Of a stretch of DNA of 33,427 nucleotides, positions 6,575 to 14,552 are shown piece after piece. The notes below the pieces were generated by a model. It made no database searches, was not told the DNA's origin, and saw nothing but the letters and a program-made list of their open reading frames with translations. Source of the DNA: a candidate division WOR-3 bacterium (GTDB lineage: Bacteria; Hydrothermota; Tepidihabitantia; Tepidihabitantales; Tepidihabitantaceae); NCBI GenBank assembly GCA_903908785.1, contig CAIVTL010000054.1, positions 1-33,427 of the forward strand. Direction: 5' to 3'. Position 1 is the stretch's first letter; each line of letters opens with the position of its first letter. The translations under genes and the position numbers were made by a program.

Positions 6575-8321
6575 GTTCATCAGGTTTCACTGCGGGCCGT
6601 TTTGGCAGCGTGAATTGGAATACCGACCCGCCGCCTTCCGCCGGTTCAACCCAAATCCGACCGCCGTGCCGCTCGATGATTTTCCGGCACAGCGCCAGCC
6701 CGATTCCCGTTCCCGGGTATTCCTGCTCGGTATGCAGTCGCTTAAACACTCCGAATATTCGCTCCGCGTGCTTCGGGTCGATGCCGATGCCGTTGTCCCT
6801 GACCGCGCATTCCCATTCGGTTCCGGCGTCCCGGCAGGAGACAGATACTGTCGGCGGCGTCGCACCGCGGAACTTGACGGCATTGTCGAGCAGGTTCTGG
6901 AAGAGCGAGACGAGCTGGGCTTCATCGCCGAAGACCACGGGCAGGGGGGCGGCATCGATGACCGCTCCTGACTTCTCGATGGCGACGGTGAGGTTCTCCC
7001 TGGCCTGCGCGGCTACGCGGTCAAGATTCACAGGCGCGAAAGGTGCGGCTTTGGCTCCCACGCGTGAGAAAGTCAGGAGGTCGTTCACCAATTGATGCAT
7101 CCGTATGGCCCCGCCCGAGGCATAAGCGATATACTTGTCGGCCTTCTCGTCCAGCCGCCCTTTGTATCGCTGCCCGAGCAGTTCCACGTAGCTCGCCACC
7201 ATCCGCAGTGGCTGCTGCAGGTCGTGCGAGGCCACGTAGGCGAACTGCTCCAACTCCTCGTTGGACCGGGCAAGCTCCTGCGACTTCGCCTCCAGCGCCC
7301 GCTGCGTCACCATCCGCTCCGATGTGTCCCGCATGATTCCGACCGCATGCCACCGGTTGTTGACCCGGATTGCCGAAAGCGAAAGCTCGACCGGCAGTTC
7401 CCGTCCGTCCTTGTGTATTGCCGCGAGGTCAAGCGTCTTGCCGACGGCTGCTCCCTCGCCGGTCAGGAGGAACCGGGGAAATGCCTTGACGAAGGCGTCG
7501 AGGAATCGGGCCGGGGCCAGGAACCGGTGGAGATCGCGGCCGACGACCTCGTCGGCCCGCCAGCCGAAAACCCGCTCGGCGGCAGGATTCCAGTACGCGA
7601 CAGTACCTTCGGAATCCATCATGACGACCGCGTCGTGCGCCGTGGTGAGAATCGTCCGGAGCCGGGCTTCACTTTCTCGCAACTGCATGAGCACGGGATT
7701 GGTTATCCGGTAGAACAGCAGCGAACCGAGCAGGGCAGTGACAAGGGTCACCACCAGGCCGATGAGCCCGGCCTGGACAAACGGTGCCTGGATTTCGGCC
7801 AGGTCGATCTTGGCCACAATCCCCAGGCCGAACTCGCTGAGCGGCTCGTGCGCAGCCAGCACTTCGACCCCGCGGTAGTCCGGACCGATGACCGCGCCGG
7901 AAAGGCCGGACAGAGCCCGGCGCATGGGCTCGCCTCTTGTACCGTTGAACGGAATCACCATAGTGCGCGTGGGACCGGGATGCCGTTGGGGCAGGAGATA
8001 GACGATGCTGTCGCCTTCGCGGCGGGCAAGAGAGAATTCGCCGGTAAGGCCGAAGCCGGTGAACCGCTCGTTGGCATCGCGGACCTGGGCGAGCGTGGCG
8101 GCAAGCGCGTCGCCGTGCCCGGACTCCGTCGGCACCAGGTGGCTGTATTTGGCCTCGTACCGGGCTACCGCCTCTATCATCCGGGCCCCGCTATAGTCAA
8201 TTTCCTCCAACCGGGCCGTCTCTTGAGCGAGTGCCGTCCGATAGAGCAGCCCGATAATCACCGCCGCGACCACGAACACGGCGACCGTGAAGATGCCTGT
8301 GAGCAGCGATATCCGGCGCAT
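6546..8321 (-). CDS. Sensor histidine kinase: TM - periplasmic Cache/PDC-like domain - TM - PAS - HisKA - HATPase_c
   Basis: There are two hydrophobic segments (LTGIFTVAVFVVAAVIIGLL and GLIGLVVTLVTALLGSLLF) and a DYRGVEVLAAHEP...GLGIVAKID Cache-like motif. A PAS domain is present (VVMMDSEGTVAYWNPAAERVFGW). The H-box is ASHDLQQPLR, the N box is LLDNAVKF, and the G boxes are DNGIGI and GTGIGLA. Confidence 0.9.
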   Translation of the reverse strand: MRRISLLTGIFTVAVFVVAAVIIGLLYRTALAQETARLEEIDYSGARMIEAVARYEAKYSHLVPTESGHGDALAATLAQVRDANERFTGFGLTGEFSLARREGDSIVYLLPQRHPGPTRTMVIPFNGTRGEPMRRALSGLSGAVIGPDYRGVEVLAAHEPLSEFGLGIVAKIDLAEIQAPFVQAGLIGLVVTLVTALLGSLLFYRITNPVLMQLRESEARLRTILTTAHDAVVMMDSEGTVAYWNPAAERVFGWRADEVVGRDLHRFLAPARFLDAFVKAFPRFLLTGEGAAVGKTLDLAAIHKDGRELPVELSLSAIRVNNRWHAVGIMRDTSERMVTQRALEAKSQELARSNEELEQFAYVASHDLQQPLRMVASYVELLGQRYKGRLDEKADKYIAYASGGAIRMHQLVNDLLTFSRVGAKAAPFAPVNLDRVAAQARENLTVAIEKSGAVIDAAPLPVVFGDEAQLVSLFQNLLDNAVKFRGATPPTVSVSCRDAGTEWECAVRDNGIGIDPKHAERIFGVFKRLHTEQEYPGTGIGLALCRKIIERHGGRIWVEPAEGGGSVFQFTLPKRPAVKPDEPDGTADERR

Positions 8322-8522
8322 CAGCGGTCACTCAGCCCGGCGACAGAACTACCGTCCCTGCAGGCTCGACGCCTGCTGCGCAGACGGTTACGGGCTGTCA
8401 GACGGCTCTTCATTATTGCGTGCGGCCCGACCCTACCTGACAGAGTCGAAGCCTGAGAGTCTACAGTCGACCCCGGCTTCGAGTCAAGGTAGTAAGGCCT
8501 GCGGACCGCAACACTGGGGTAG

Positions 8523-8539
8523 AGCAGGAAGCGTGCCTG
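8523..8539 (-). promoter_or_regulatory. Candidate sigma54 -24/-12 promoter for the kinase operon (AGGCACG-cttc-CTGCT on minus strand)
   Basis: On the minus strand, GG (8537-8536) and GC (8525-8524) have the 12-nt offset. The site is about 200 nt upstream of the kinase ATG and 30-80 nt downstream of the TGTNACA pair. Confidence 0.3.
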
Positions 8540-8568
8540 ACTCGGCCGCTCACAGGGTCATTTTGATT

Positions 8569-8619
8569 GTGTAACATGGAAGGCGACTCACAGTGGAGGT
8601 GTATCATCGCATGTTACAC
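8569..8619. promoter_or_regulatory. Pair of TGTNACA dyads (GTGTAACATG-N31-CATGTTACAC)
   Basis: Perfect 10-bp inverted repeat with half-site centres 42 bp apart. It has the same core heptamer as 1311-1349. Confidence 0.35.
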
Positions 8620-8852
8620 CCGGAAGTGACACTTCTGGAGTCGCGCCCGGCGGGCCTGGCGTACTGATAGAAGCGCGCACAGCCTTGGGCCGGGGAGGAG
8701 GAACGGGCGTCGGGCGCACCGGCACGCCGGTTGCATATTCGTGGCGCGCATGGAGAAACCCAGGTGGAAAGACAGCCTGCCGGACGCGCGCACAGTATCC
8801 GTGCCGACAGGGCAGGCAAAGGTGCAGGAAATCAGACAGAAAGGAAGTCAAC

Positions 8853-9260
8853 GTGCGTGAACTGATAGAGCGTGTAAGCGCAAGACGCTTGGGAACTGTC
8901 CGGCCCACGGACTTCTCGCGGAAGCTGGGGGACGAAGTTCGTCTTCGCCCGGTCGAGTCCATACACGTGGGTCGCGGCTTCATGCAGGTCCACCCTCAGA
9001 CTGCGGACCGGTTTGGGTTCGCGCCCGGGGACTCAGTGGTGTTGGACCTTGGCGGGGTCTTCTGGCCGTTCCGCGCGGAGCGTTCGGCCGAAGTCAAGCC
9101 CGGACAGGCGCGGATGAATAGCGCCGAGATGGCGTTTATGGGCATCCGCCAGGGGACGCCCCTTGTGGCCCGTCGCGTTCCGTCGCCGGCGGCATTGCCG
9201 CATAACTGGCCGGTTGAACACAATCGGCACGACTGGCTGGTCCCGACGGAGCCGGTATGA
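8853..9260 (+). CDS. Small protein with CDC48-N/VAT-N-like double-psi beta-barrel signature
   Basis: GTG at 8853 lies 5 nt after AAGGAAG. MQVHPQTADRFGFAPGDSVVLD...GQARMNSAEMAFMGIRQGTPLVARRV resembles the VAT-N pattern (xRxD...lgv.pGD.V.i ... G.iRmd...R.n.gv..Gd.v.v). It is a paralogue of the C-terminal half of 9724-10299. Confidence 0.55.
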   Translation: MRELIERVSARRLGTVRPTDFSRKLGDEVRLRPVESIHVGRGFMQVHPQTADRFGFAPGDSVVLDLGGVFWPFRAERSAEVKPGQARMNSAEMAFMGIRQGTPLVARRVPSPAALPHNWPVEHNRHDWLVPTEPV

Positions 9261-9490
9261 GCCTGAGCATGCAGTCACGAACGGCGGCACACGGGACCGC
9301 GTTGCGTCCAACCAGCATGTTCTACCAGCCCAAGGCCCGGATGCTGGTCATGGAGTTCCCCAGGCGCGGAACCTACATTTACCAGGGCGTGACGGCTCGC
9401 GCCTATGACCGGCTGAAGTGTTCCCTGCGCACGCAGGTCCGTTTTATCAAGAACCAAGACCGCCATTTCTGCGTCGTCGAGGCGCGTTGA
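9257..9490 (+). CDS. KTSC-domain-like small protein
   Basis: Its ATG overlaps the upstream TGA (ATGA). LVMEFPRRGTYIYQGVTARAYDRLKCSLRTQVRFIKNQDRHF fits the KTSC pattern (l.v.F..G..Y.Y.gV....y..l......g.f....r). Confidence 0.5.
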   Translation: MSLSMQSRTAAHGTALRPTSMFYQPKARMLVMEFPRRGTYIYQGVTARAYDRLKCSLRTQVRFIKNQDRHFCVVEAR

Positions 9491-9723
9491 CGCCCCATGA
9501 CAGTTCTGCGTCTACCTGACTGAATGCGGTTCGTCTTCCTGTCGTCATGGCAGCCCCGCCGACCGTAACTCGCAACTCGTAACTTGTAAGGTTGCGCTTC
9601 GCCCGCGCCAGGATTGGACCCGCGGTGCCGCGTCCGACCGGCTATCAGGCAGGCGCGGCCCGGCCGCTCACGCAACGCCGATACTGCCGTGCACGGCACG
9701 AAGCCTGCACTAACCTTCCTATC

Positions 9724-10299
9724 TTGGCAACACCAAAAGGAGAAGTCAGGTTTGAACTCGTGAAGCGTGACGGCAGACGCGAGAAGTACGACTCCGCCAA
9801 GCTTGCCAGGTCGCTCGCGCGGGCCGGCGTGGCTCCATACATGCTTGCCGGAATCCTGGACCTTGTCGGCCCGGGCCCGGAAGCGAACACCGATTCTCTG
9901 CGCGCGCGGGTTGAATCCGCGCTGGCGCTGAGGCAGCCGAGTGCCGCACGGCGGTACGCCTCCACGCGCAGTCTGACCACCCGCGGGTCCGAACATGCAG
10001 GGTTCGGCTGGATTTGCATGAACCCGGAGACTATGAGCCGATTGAACGTCAGGCCCGGCGACACAGTCTGGCTCAGCTATGATGGAGCAACGGCACCGTT
10101 CAGCGTTGAGAGTCTTGCGGACGTCGAGCGTGGGCATGCTTGGCTCAACGGCCGGGAAATGGCCGCGATGGGAGTCCGCGCCGGGACCAGGCTTGCCGCC
10201 TCCAGCGTCTATCAGGGCGCATCGCCTTCGCCTGAGGAGTATCTGGACCGCGGCCGCGCTTACGCGACCAGCCCCGGTGCCGTGCGGAACGGCGGGTAG
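9724..10299 (+). CDS. ATP-cone domain fused to a CDC48-N-like double-psi barrel; start uncertain (TTG 9724 or GTG 9760)
   Basis: FELVKRDGRREKYDSAKLARSLARAG... is ATP-cone-like (V.KRDG..E.fd..Ki). The C-terminal half ICMNPETMSRLNVRPGDTVWLSY...GHAWLNGREMAAMGVRAGTRLAAS parallels 8853-9260. AAGGAGA at 9737-9743 is not ideally spaced to either candidate start. Confidence 0.6.
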   Translation: MATPKGEVRFELVKRDGRREKYDSAKLARSLARAGVAPYMLAGILDLVGPGPEANTDSLRARVESALALRQPSAARRYASTRSLTTRGSEHAGFGWICMNPETMSRLNVRPGDTVWLSYDGATAPFSVESLADVERGHAWLNGREMAAMGVRAGTRLAASSVYQGASPSPEEYLDRGRAYATSPGAVRNGG

Positions 10300-10516
10300 T
10301 AGATGCGGCTCGGATTCCATCCGCAGACCGTCCGAATGGGGCGAACCGGTGCCGAACCAGACGCGGCGGCATCGGTAAAGGTGACTGACAGCAGTTCACT
10401 GCGTCCCCAAGGCAGGAAGGCCGGCCCAGCGCCTCGGGTGGGCCGCACCTGCCGGTACGACGATTCGCAGCCGACCGATTGCCGCGTGGAACCCGGACGC
10501 GGAGGAGATGACTGAC

Positions 10517-11299
10517 ATGAAGATGACCAGTGCAAGACGGATAGTCCTGGCTGTGCTCCTGCTCGCGCCGCTGGCGTGGGCCGGCGCGCTTGCCGCAGCG
10601 CAAGTAGTGGGAACCGCAGCAGCCGGGGCCCGGGCCGCTACCGTGACCGGATGGGTCGTGGACGCGAACTCGTGGCTGGGCCAGGGAATCCGTGGCCCGC
10701 AACATCAGGCACGCTCCGCGGCGTCGGCCGAAGCAGGTACGCCGCTGGTCATTCTTACCGACGATGGCTCAATCGTGTTCCCGGTCCAGCTCACGCCGCC
10801 GGCCGGCACGCACTCGAGCAACCTCAAGCTCGCGCCCTACGCCGAGCAACGGGTGACGGTCGGGGGCAGGCTCATCCGGCAGGGCCGTGAGAATGCGATT
10901 GTCATAGAGTACGTGAGCCGGGCAAATGACCCCGCAGCCGGGCCGCCGACCACGGCCCGGGAAACGTCCGGCGTCGAAGTCATCGCCCGAGTCAAGGAAA
11001 TGAACTCGTGGCTGGGCCAGGGTGGTTCCGGGCCCGAACAGCGGGACCGCACAGCGGCGCGCGCGAGGAGCGGTGAGCCGTTGGTGTTGGTTAACGATTC
11101 CGGGTACGTGCTCTACCCGGTCACGATGAGCACGCCCTCCGGCCCGGCGGCGAACGGTTTGCTCATGGACTATGCGGGGCAGACGGTGCGGGTGACAGGT
11201 ACGCTCATCGAGCGTGGCGGGGAGCGGGCCATCATGATTGACAGTGTGGCCGCGTACCTGCCGGGCACGGAGTTGGGAAGCCTCCGAGCGGAGAGATGA
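10517..11299 (+). CDS. Exported protein made of two tandem ~100-aa homologous domains
   Basis: ATG at 10517 lies 9 nt after GGAGGAG, and the signal peptide is KMTSARRIVLAVLLLAPLAWAGALAAA. The internal duplication pairs ...DANSWLGQGIRGPQHQ...GTPLVILTDDGSIVFPV...QRVTVGGRLIRQGRENAIVIEYV with ...EMNSWLGQGGSGPEQR...GEPLVLVNDSGYVLYPV...QTVRVTGTLIERGGERAIMIDSV. Confidence 0.75.
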   Translation: MKMTSARRIVLAVLLLAPLAWAGALAAAQVVGTAAAGARAATVTGWVVDANSWLGQGIRGPQHQARSAASAEAGTPLVILTDDGSIVFPVQLTPPAGTHSSNLKLAPYAEQRVTVGGRLIRQGRENAIVIEYVSRANDPAAGPPTTARETSGVEVIARVKEMNSWLGQGGSGPEQRDRTAARARSGEPLVLVNDSGYVLYPVTMSTPSGPAANGLLMDYAGQTVRVTGTLIERGGERAIMIDSVAAYLPGTELGSLRAER

Positions 11300-11402
11300 G
11301 AACCGACGGCCCCGCTGACTTTGAGACATTGCTGGTAGTGACCGAAGCCGGCCGCGCCGAAAGGCGCCGCCAGGAAACACGAACCGATCGGAGGAATGAG
11401 AA

Positions 11403-11771
11403 ATGACTAGAGGAAGGACCCGAACCTCGATGGTAGTTGCCGCATTCGTGCTGCTTGCGGCGGGCAGCGCGCTTGCCACGCCGCCTGACCGCATCCGGCT
11501 CAGTTACAGTGACTCGTCCCGCACGCTGACCATCGCGGTTCACCACCCGACGTTCTACCCCGCGGCTCACCACATATCCACGATTGCCGTCAGGCTGAAC
11601 GACTCGCTGGTTACCGTGCAGCGGTTCAGCGGCCAGACCAACAACCAGGAACAGGACACGCAGTGCGTGGTCCCCGGAGCAAAGCCCGGCGACCGATTGA
11701 CCGTGACCGCGGTCTGCAGTCTGTTCGGCGTGCGGACCGAAACGCTGGTCCTGCCGGCCCGCAGTCCGTGA
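11403..11771 (+). CDS. Exported small protein with partial resemblance to the superoxide reductase (desulfoferrodoxin Fe-domain) fold
   Basis: ATG follows GGAGGAA, and the signal peptide is MVVAAFVLLAAGSALA. HHPTFYPAAHHISTIAV and LTVTAVCSLFGV parallel SOR HP(x)nHHI..I and yCNxHG, but two of the His ligands are absent. Confidence 0.6.
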   Translation: MTRGRTRTSMVVAAFVLLAAGSALATPPDRIRLSYSDSSRTLTIAVHHPTFYPAAHHISTIAVRLNDSLVTVQRFSGQTNNQEQDTQCVVPGAKPGDRLTVTAVCSLFGVRTETLVLPARSP

Positions 11772-11901
11772 GTGATGCGGGTTGACGGGCAAGTGGCGCG
11801 CACGAGAAGGCGTCCAATGCGGATAGACCCGTTGGCAAAGTAGCCGGCCCGGTTGGTTCAGGCGCGTCCTGCGACCTGTCCTTGTAGGGAGCGGACCGCG
11901 G

Positions 11902-12264
11902 CTAGGTTCCGGTCTTGTCCGAACGGCCGAAGGACGCTATCTCGCGGTCGAGCAGGAAGCTGATTACCGTCCGGATGGCGACGATGCCGCCGAGGATTGC
12001 CACGTCGGTCAGGGTTGGGTGGGCGATAGTCTTGATGATGTCGGCGGCAATCAGGAACTCCAGGCCGAGCAGCAGGTACGAGCCGAACTGGTTGCGGAGC
12101 GCGACCTGGGCGCGCACAATGTCCTGGCATCGGAACCGCCCGAGTTCGCAACGGACGACGCTGATGACTGCCAGCACCACGCCCCAGATGATGACGGCCA
12201 CGCCGATGTAGCCCACTCCGAGCGAGATGTACAACAGGACGTTGTAGGCCAGGTTGCTGTTCAC
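11902..12264 (-). CDS. DUF1622-family membrane protein
   Basis: IGVAVIIWGVVLAVISVVR...LLLGLEFLIAADIIKTIA.PT..DVAILGGIVAIRTVISFLLDREI matches my recollection of the DUF1622 signature. It has a GTG start and no obvious SD. Confidence 0.8.
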   Translation of the reverse strand: MNSNLAYNVLLYISLGVGYIGVAVIIWGVVLAVISVVRCELGRFRCQDIVRAQVALRNQFGSYLLLGLEFLIAADIIKTIAHPTLTDVAILGGIVAIRTVISFLLDREIASFGRSDKTGT

Positions 12265-12448
12265 AGTGGATAGAGACTAGAGACCGGTAAGAGTATGTCA
12301 AGCCAATTCGCCCGGGCGCAATCCCCGAGCGATCGACACTCGCCAATCGGAAGACGAATGGGCAAGGGCTTGTGCTTGAGCTTGAGCCTGCGCTCACACT
12401 CTGCGCCCCGCCGCACAGGTTGCGGAATCGGCGGCCAGTGGTAGAATC

Positions 12449-13522
12449 GTGACTGTGGCAAAGATAGCGCCAGGCATCAGCGGCGAGTTGTGCCGCGTCA
12501 GGACCGAGGATGGGCTGGAACTTCAGGGACTCTATGACGGGCGATGTCAGATGTCAGATGGCAGATGGCAGAAGTCAGAAGTGTCGAATCCGACCCCTGA
12601 CCCCCGACCCCTGACCCCCGACCCCTTTTGCGTAGTCCACGTTCACGGCTGGGATGGGAACTTCTATGAGAACCGGTTCGTTGACTACGCGGCGCAGGCG
12701 TGCGTGCGACGCGGTATCGGGTTTCTTACGGGCAACAACCGAGGACATGACTATATCGCGGACATCCTGAGGGACAGACGAAGTCAGAAGCTAGATGCTA
12801 GATGTCAGAAGTCAGAACTGAGGAAGCGGGCATCGGGACTGGACTATGTGCAACTGGGCGGGATGTATGAGAAGCTGGCGGAGAGCGTGGCGGACATCGG
12901 GGCGTGGGTTGACTTTGTTGTCGGGCGCGGCGCGAAGCGGGTCATCCTGCAGGGGCATAGCCATGGAGCGACAAAGGTCGTCCATTATCTCGCGACGACC
13001 AGCGACCCGCGCGTCTGCGGGTTGATTCTGCTTTCACCGTCGGACGATATGGGCTGGGTCAGAAAGCTGCTCGGCCAGCGGTTCCTGTGGGTGCTGGCGC
13101 GAGCGCGAGAGTGGGTGCGCGCGGGCAAGGGCCGACAACTGCTGCCGGAGAAGGACTTCCCCTACCCGGTCTCTGCCGCGACGTTCTTTGACTGCTACCA
13201 CAAGGGCTCGATAACCGGCAGCTTCAACATCAGCCGCACCGACCGTAAGGAGTTCCCGGAGCTTGCGTCAGTCCGCGTGCCGGTGCTGCTGGCGGTCGGC
13301 ACGGTCGAGGAGTACTACGTCGGTTCGGCGCAGGGATTCATGCAGGGCATTGCCGAGTGCCTGGAGAATTGCCCGTCGTTCACCGGCGCGGTCGTCGAGG
13401 GCGCGCCGCACAACTACCTGGGGTACGAGCGGGAGCTGGGCAAAGTGCTGGAGAAGTGGCTGACTAAGAAGTGGTCCAGTGGTCGAGTGTTCGAGTCGTC
13501 GAGTGCCGGAGGGAAGAAATGA
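12449..13522 (+). CDS. Alpha/beta-fold hydrolase with two repeat-encoded inserts
   Basis: VVHVHGWDGNFYENRF is consistent with an oxyanion region. The nucleophile elbow is GHSHG (LQGHSHGATKVV), followed by GLILLSPSDD. It has a GTG start with no SD. The inserts CQMSDGRWQKSEVSNPTPDPRPLTPDPF and SQKLDARCQKSEL are encoded by heptamer repeats. Confidence 0.75.
   Translation: MTVAKIAPGISGELCRVRTEDGLELQGLYDGRCQMSDGRWQKSEVSNPTPDPRPLTPDPFCVVHVHGWDGNFYENRFVDYAAQACVRRGIGFLTGNNRGHDYIADILRDRRSQKLDARCQKSELRKRASGLDYVQLGGMYEKLAESVADIGAWVDFVVGRGAKRVILQGHSHGATKVVHYLATTSDPRVCGLILLSPSDDMGWVRKLLGQRFLWVLARAREWVRAGKGRQLLPEKDFPYPVSAATFFDCYHKGSITGSFNISRTDRKEFPELASVRVPVLLAVGTVEEYYVGSAQGFMQGIAECLENCPSFTGAVVEGAPHNYLGYERELGKVLEKWLTKKWSSGRVFESSSAGGKK
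12546..12622. repeat. 11 in-register heptamers (GTCAGAT/GGCAGAW then CCCYGAC) inside the hydrolase CDS
   Basis: The units read gtcagat gtcagat ggcagat ggcagaa gtcagaa gtgtcga atccgac ccctgac ccccgac ccctgac ccccgac. Confidence 0.85.
12783..12817. repeat. Five heptamers (GTCAGAA/GCTAGAT) inside the hydrolase CDS
   Basis: The units are gtcagaa gctagat gctagat gtcagaa gtcagaa. A near-identical block occurs at 15824-15858. Confidence 0.85.
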
Positions 13523-14325
13523 CGGACATATTTGCGGTGTTGCGGGAGCGGGCGTTGGAGCGGATGGCCGAGGCGCCGGTTGAGGATTTCCTGGTGCGGG
13601 GTATCTGGAAGGTGGAGCTGGCGTTCAAGCCGAACCCGGCCGAGCGGACGTTCAATTACACGTTCTGGATTGCCATGACCAAAGGCCAGGGCTGCTGCTA
13701 CTGCACCGGCGACGACCCGCGCGGCCGCGAGCTGGTGGGCAGCGACGCGCGAGAGTTGGTCAAGGAGAAGACCTGCATCTCCATCGCCACGCTGGACTCG
13801 CTTTACGCCTCGCTGCCCCGGCAGCCGGTGGTAGTGCATGAACTGAAGGGCAATTCGATTGAGAAGACCAGGACGCGGACGGGTATCATTCTTGCGGAGG
13901 CGGAGCGGCTGTTGGCCGGCGTGTCCGGCCGGCCCGGGAAGGTGGTCAACGTCGGGGTTGTCGGCAACCTGCTGCGCGACCTGAGGGTGAAGGGCTATGA
14001 CGTTTGTGCCAGCGACATGGAACGGGACATCATCGGTTCGACTGTGCACGGGGTCGAAATCCAGGACGGGACAAAGACGTTCGACCTGGTCGGGCAGTCG
14101 GACCTGGCGATTGTTACCGGCATGACCATCGCCACCGATTCGCTGGAGCTGATTGTCGAGGAAGCGAAGAAGGCCGGGACCAAGCTGCTGCTCTTTGCCG
14201 AGACCGGGGCCAACTTCGGCGAGGAGTATTGCCGGACCATCGGGGTTGATGCGGTCGTGTCGGAGCCGTTTCCGTTCTACATCTTCCAGGGCGCGAGCAC
14301 AATTGAAGTGTACCGGAGGACCTAG
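13519..14325 (+). CDS. DUF4213/DUF364-like Rossmann-type protein (family annotated as putative heavy-metal chelation domain)
   Basis: ATG at 13519 overlaps the upstream TGA (ATGA) after GGAGGGAAG. VVNVGVVGNL...DLAIVTGMTIATDSLELIVEEAKKAGTKLLLFAETGANFGEEYCR.IGVDAVVS resembles the DUF364 pattern (D.v.iTG.t..N.tl..ll......v.l.Gp....p.lf..Gv..l.g). Confidence 0.6.
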   Translation: MTDIFAVLRERALERMAEAPVEDFLVRGIWKVELAFKPNPAERTFNYTFWIAMTKGQGCCYCTGDDPRGRELVGSDARELVKEKTCISIATLDSLYASLPRQPVVVHELKGNSIEKTRTRTGIILAEAERLLAGVSGRPGKVVNVGVVGNLLRDLRVKGYDVCASDMERDIIGSTVHGVEIQDGTKTFDLVGQSDLAIVTGMTIATDSLELIVEEAKKAGTKLLLFAETGANFGEEYCRTIGVDAVVSEPFPFYIFQGASTIEVYRRT

Positions 14326-14371
14326 AACAAATCCGAAGCACGAAGTCCGAATGACGATTGAGTACCGATGA

Positions 14372-14465
14372 TTCTAACCGCCGATGCACGCCGATTAGCG
14401 CCGATGGGTGTATTGGGTTCAGAACTGAATCTGCGTCTATCTGCGTTCATCTGTGGTTCCATCAG
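14372..14465. repeat. 94-nt dispersed element, copy B
   Basis: It matches 6481-6574 at 89 of 94 positions. It lies in the 227-nt gap between the DUF364-like and decarboxylase genes and is flanked by further word repeats (14330-14370, 14495-14545). Confidence 0.9.
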
Positions 14466-14552
14466 CCCGAATGCGAACCGGCGGCTGGCGCGGGCTCATT
14501 CGAGCTTGAATCGAGCTTCGAGTTTCGGGATTCGAGCTTACGGTGGCTGAAC

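Noticed and set aside
4504-8456. Long + strand ORFs 4504-5733 (409 aa), 6513-6971 and 7092-8456 (454 aa)
   Set aside because: They are antisense to the regulator and kinase genes, both of which carry unambiguous domain motifs. These are shadow ORFs.
9403-10320. 305-aa minus-strand ORF
   Set aside because: It is antisense to the ATP-cone/barrel gene and the KTSC gene, and has shadow-ORF composition.
14358-14552. N-terminal extension of the decarboxylase ORF (start at 14358)
   Set aside because: The extension is a read-through of the 94-nt element and flanking word repeats. The conserved fold-III N-terminus begins at the ATG at 14553.
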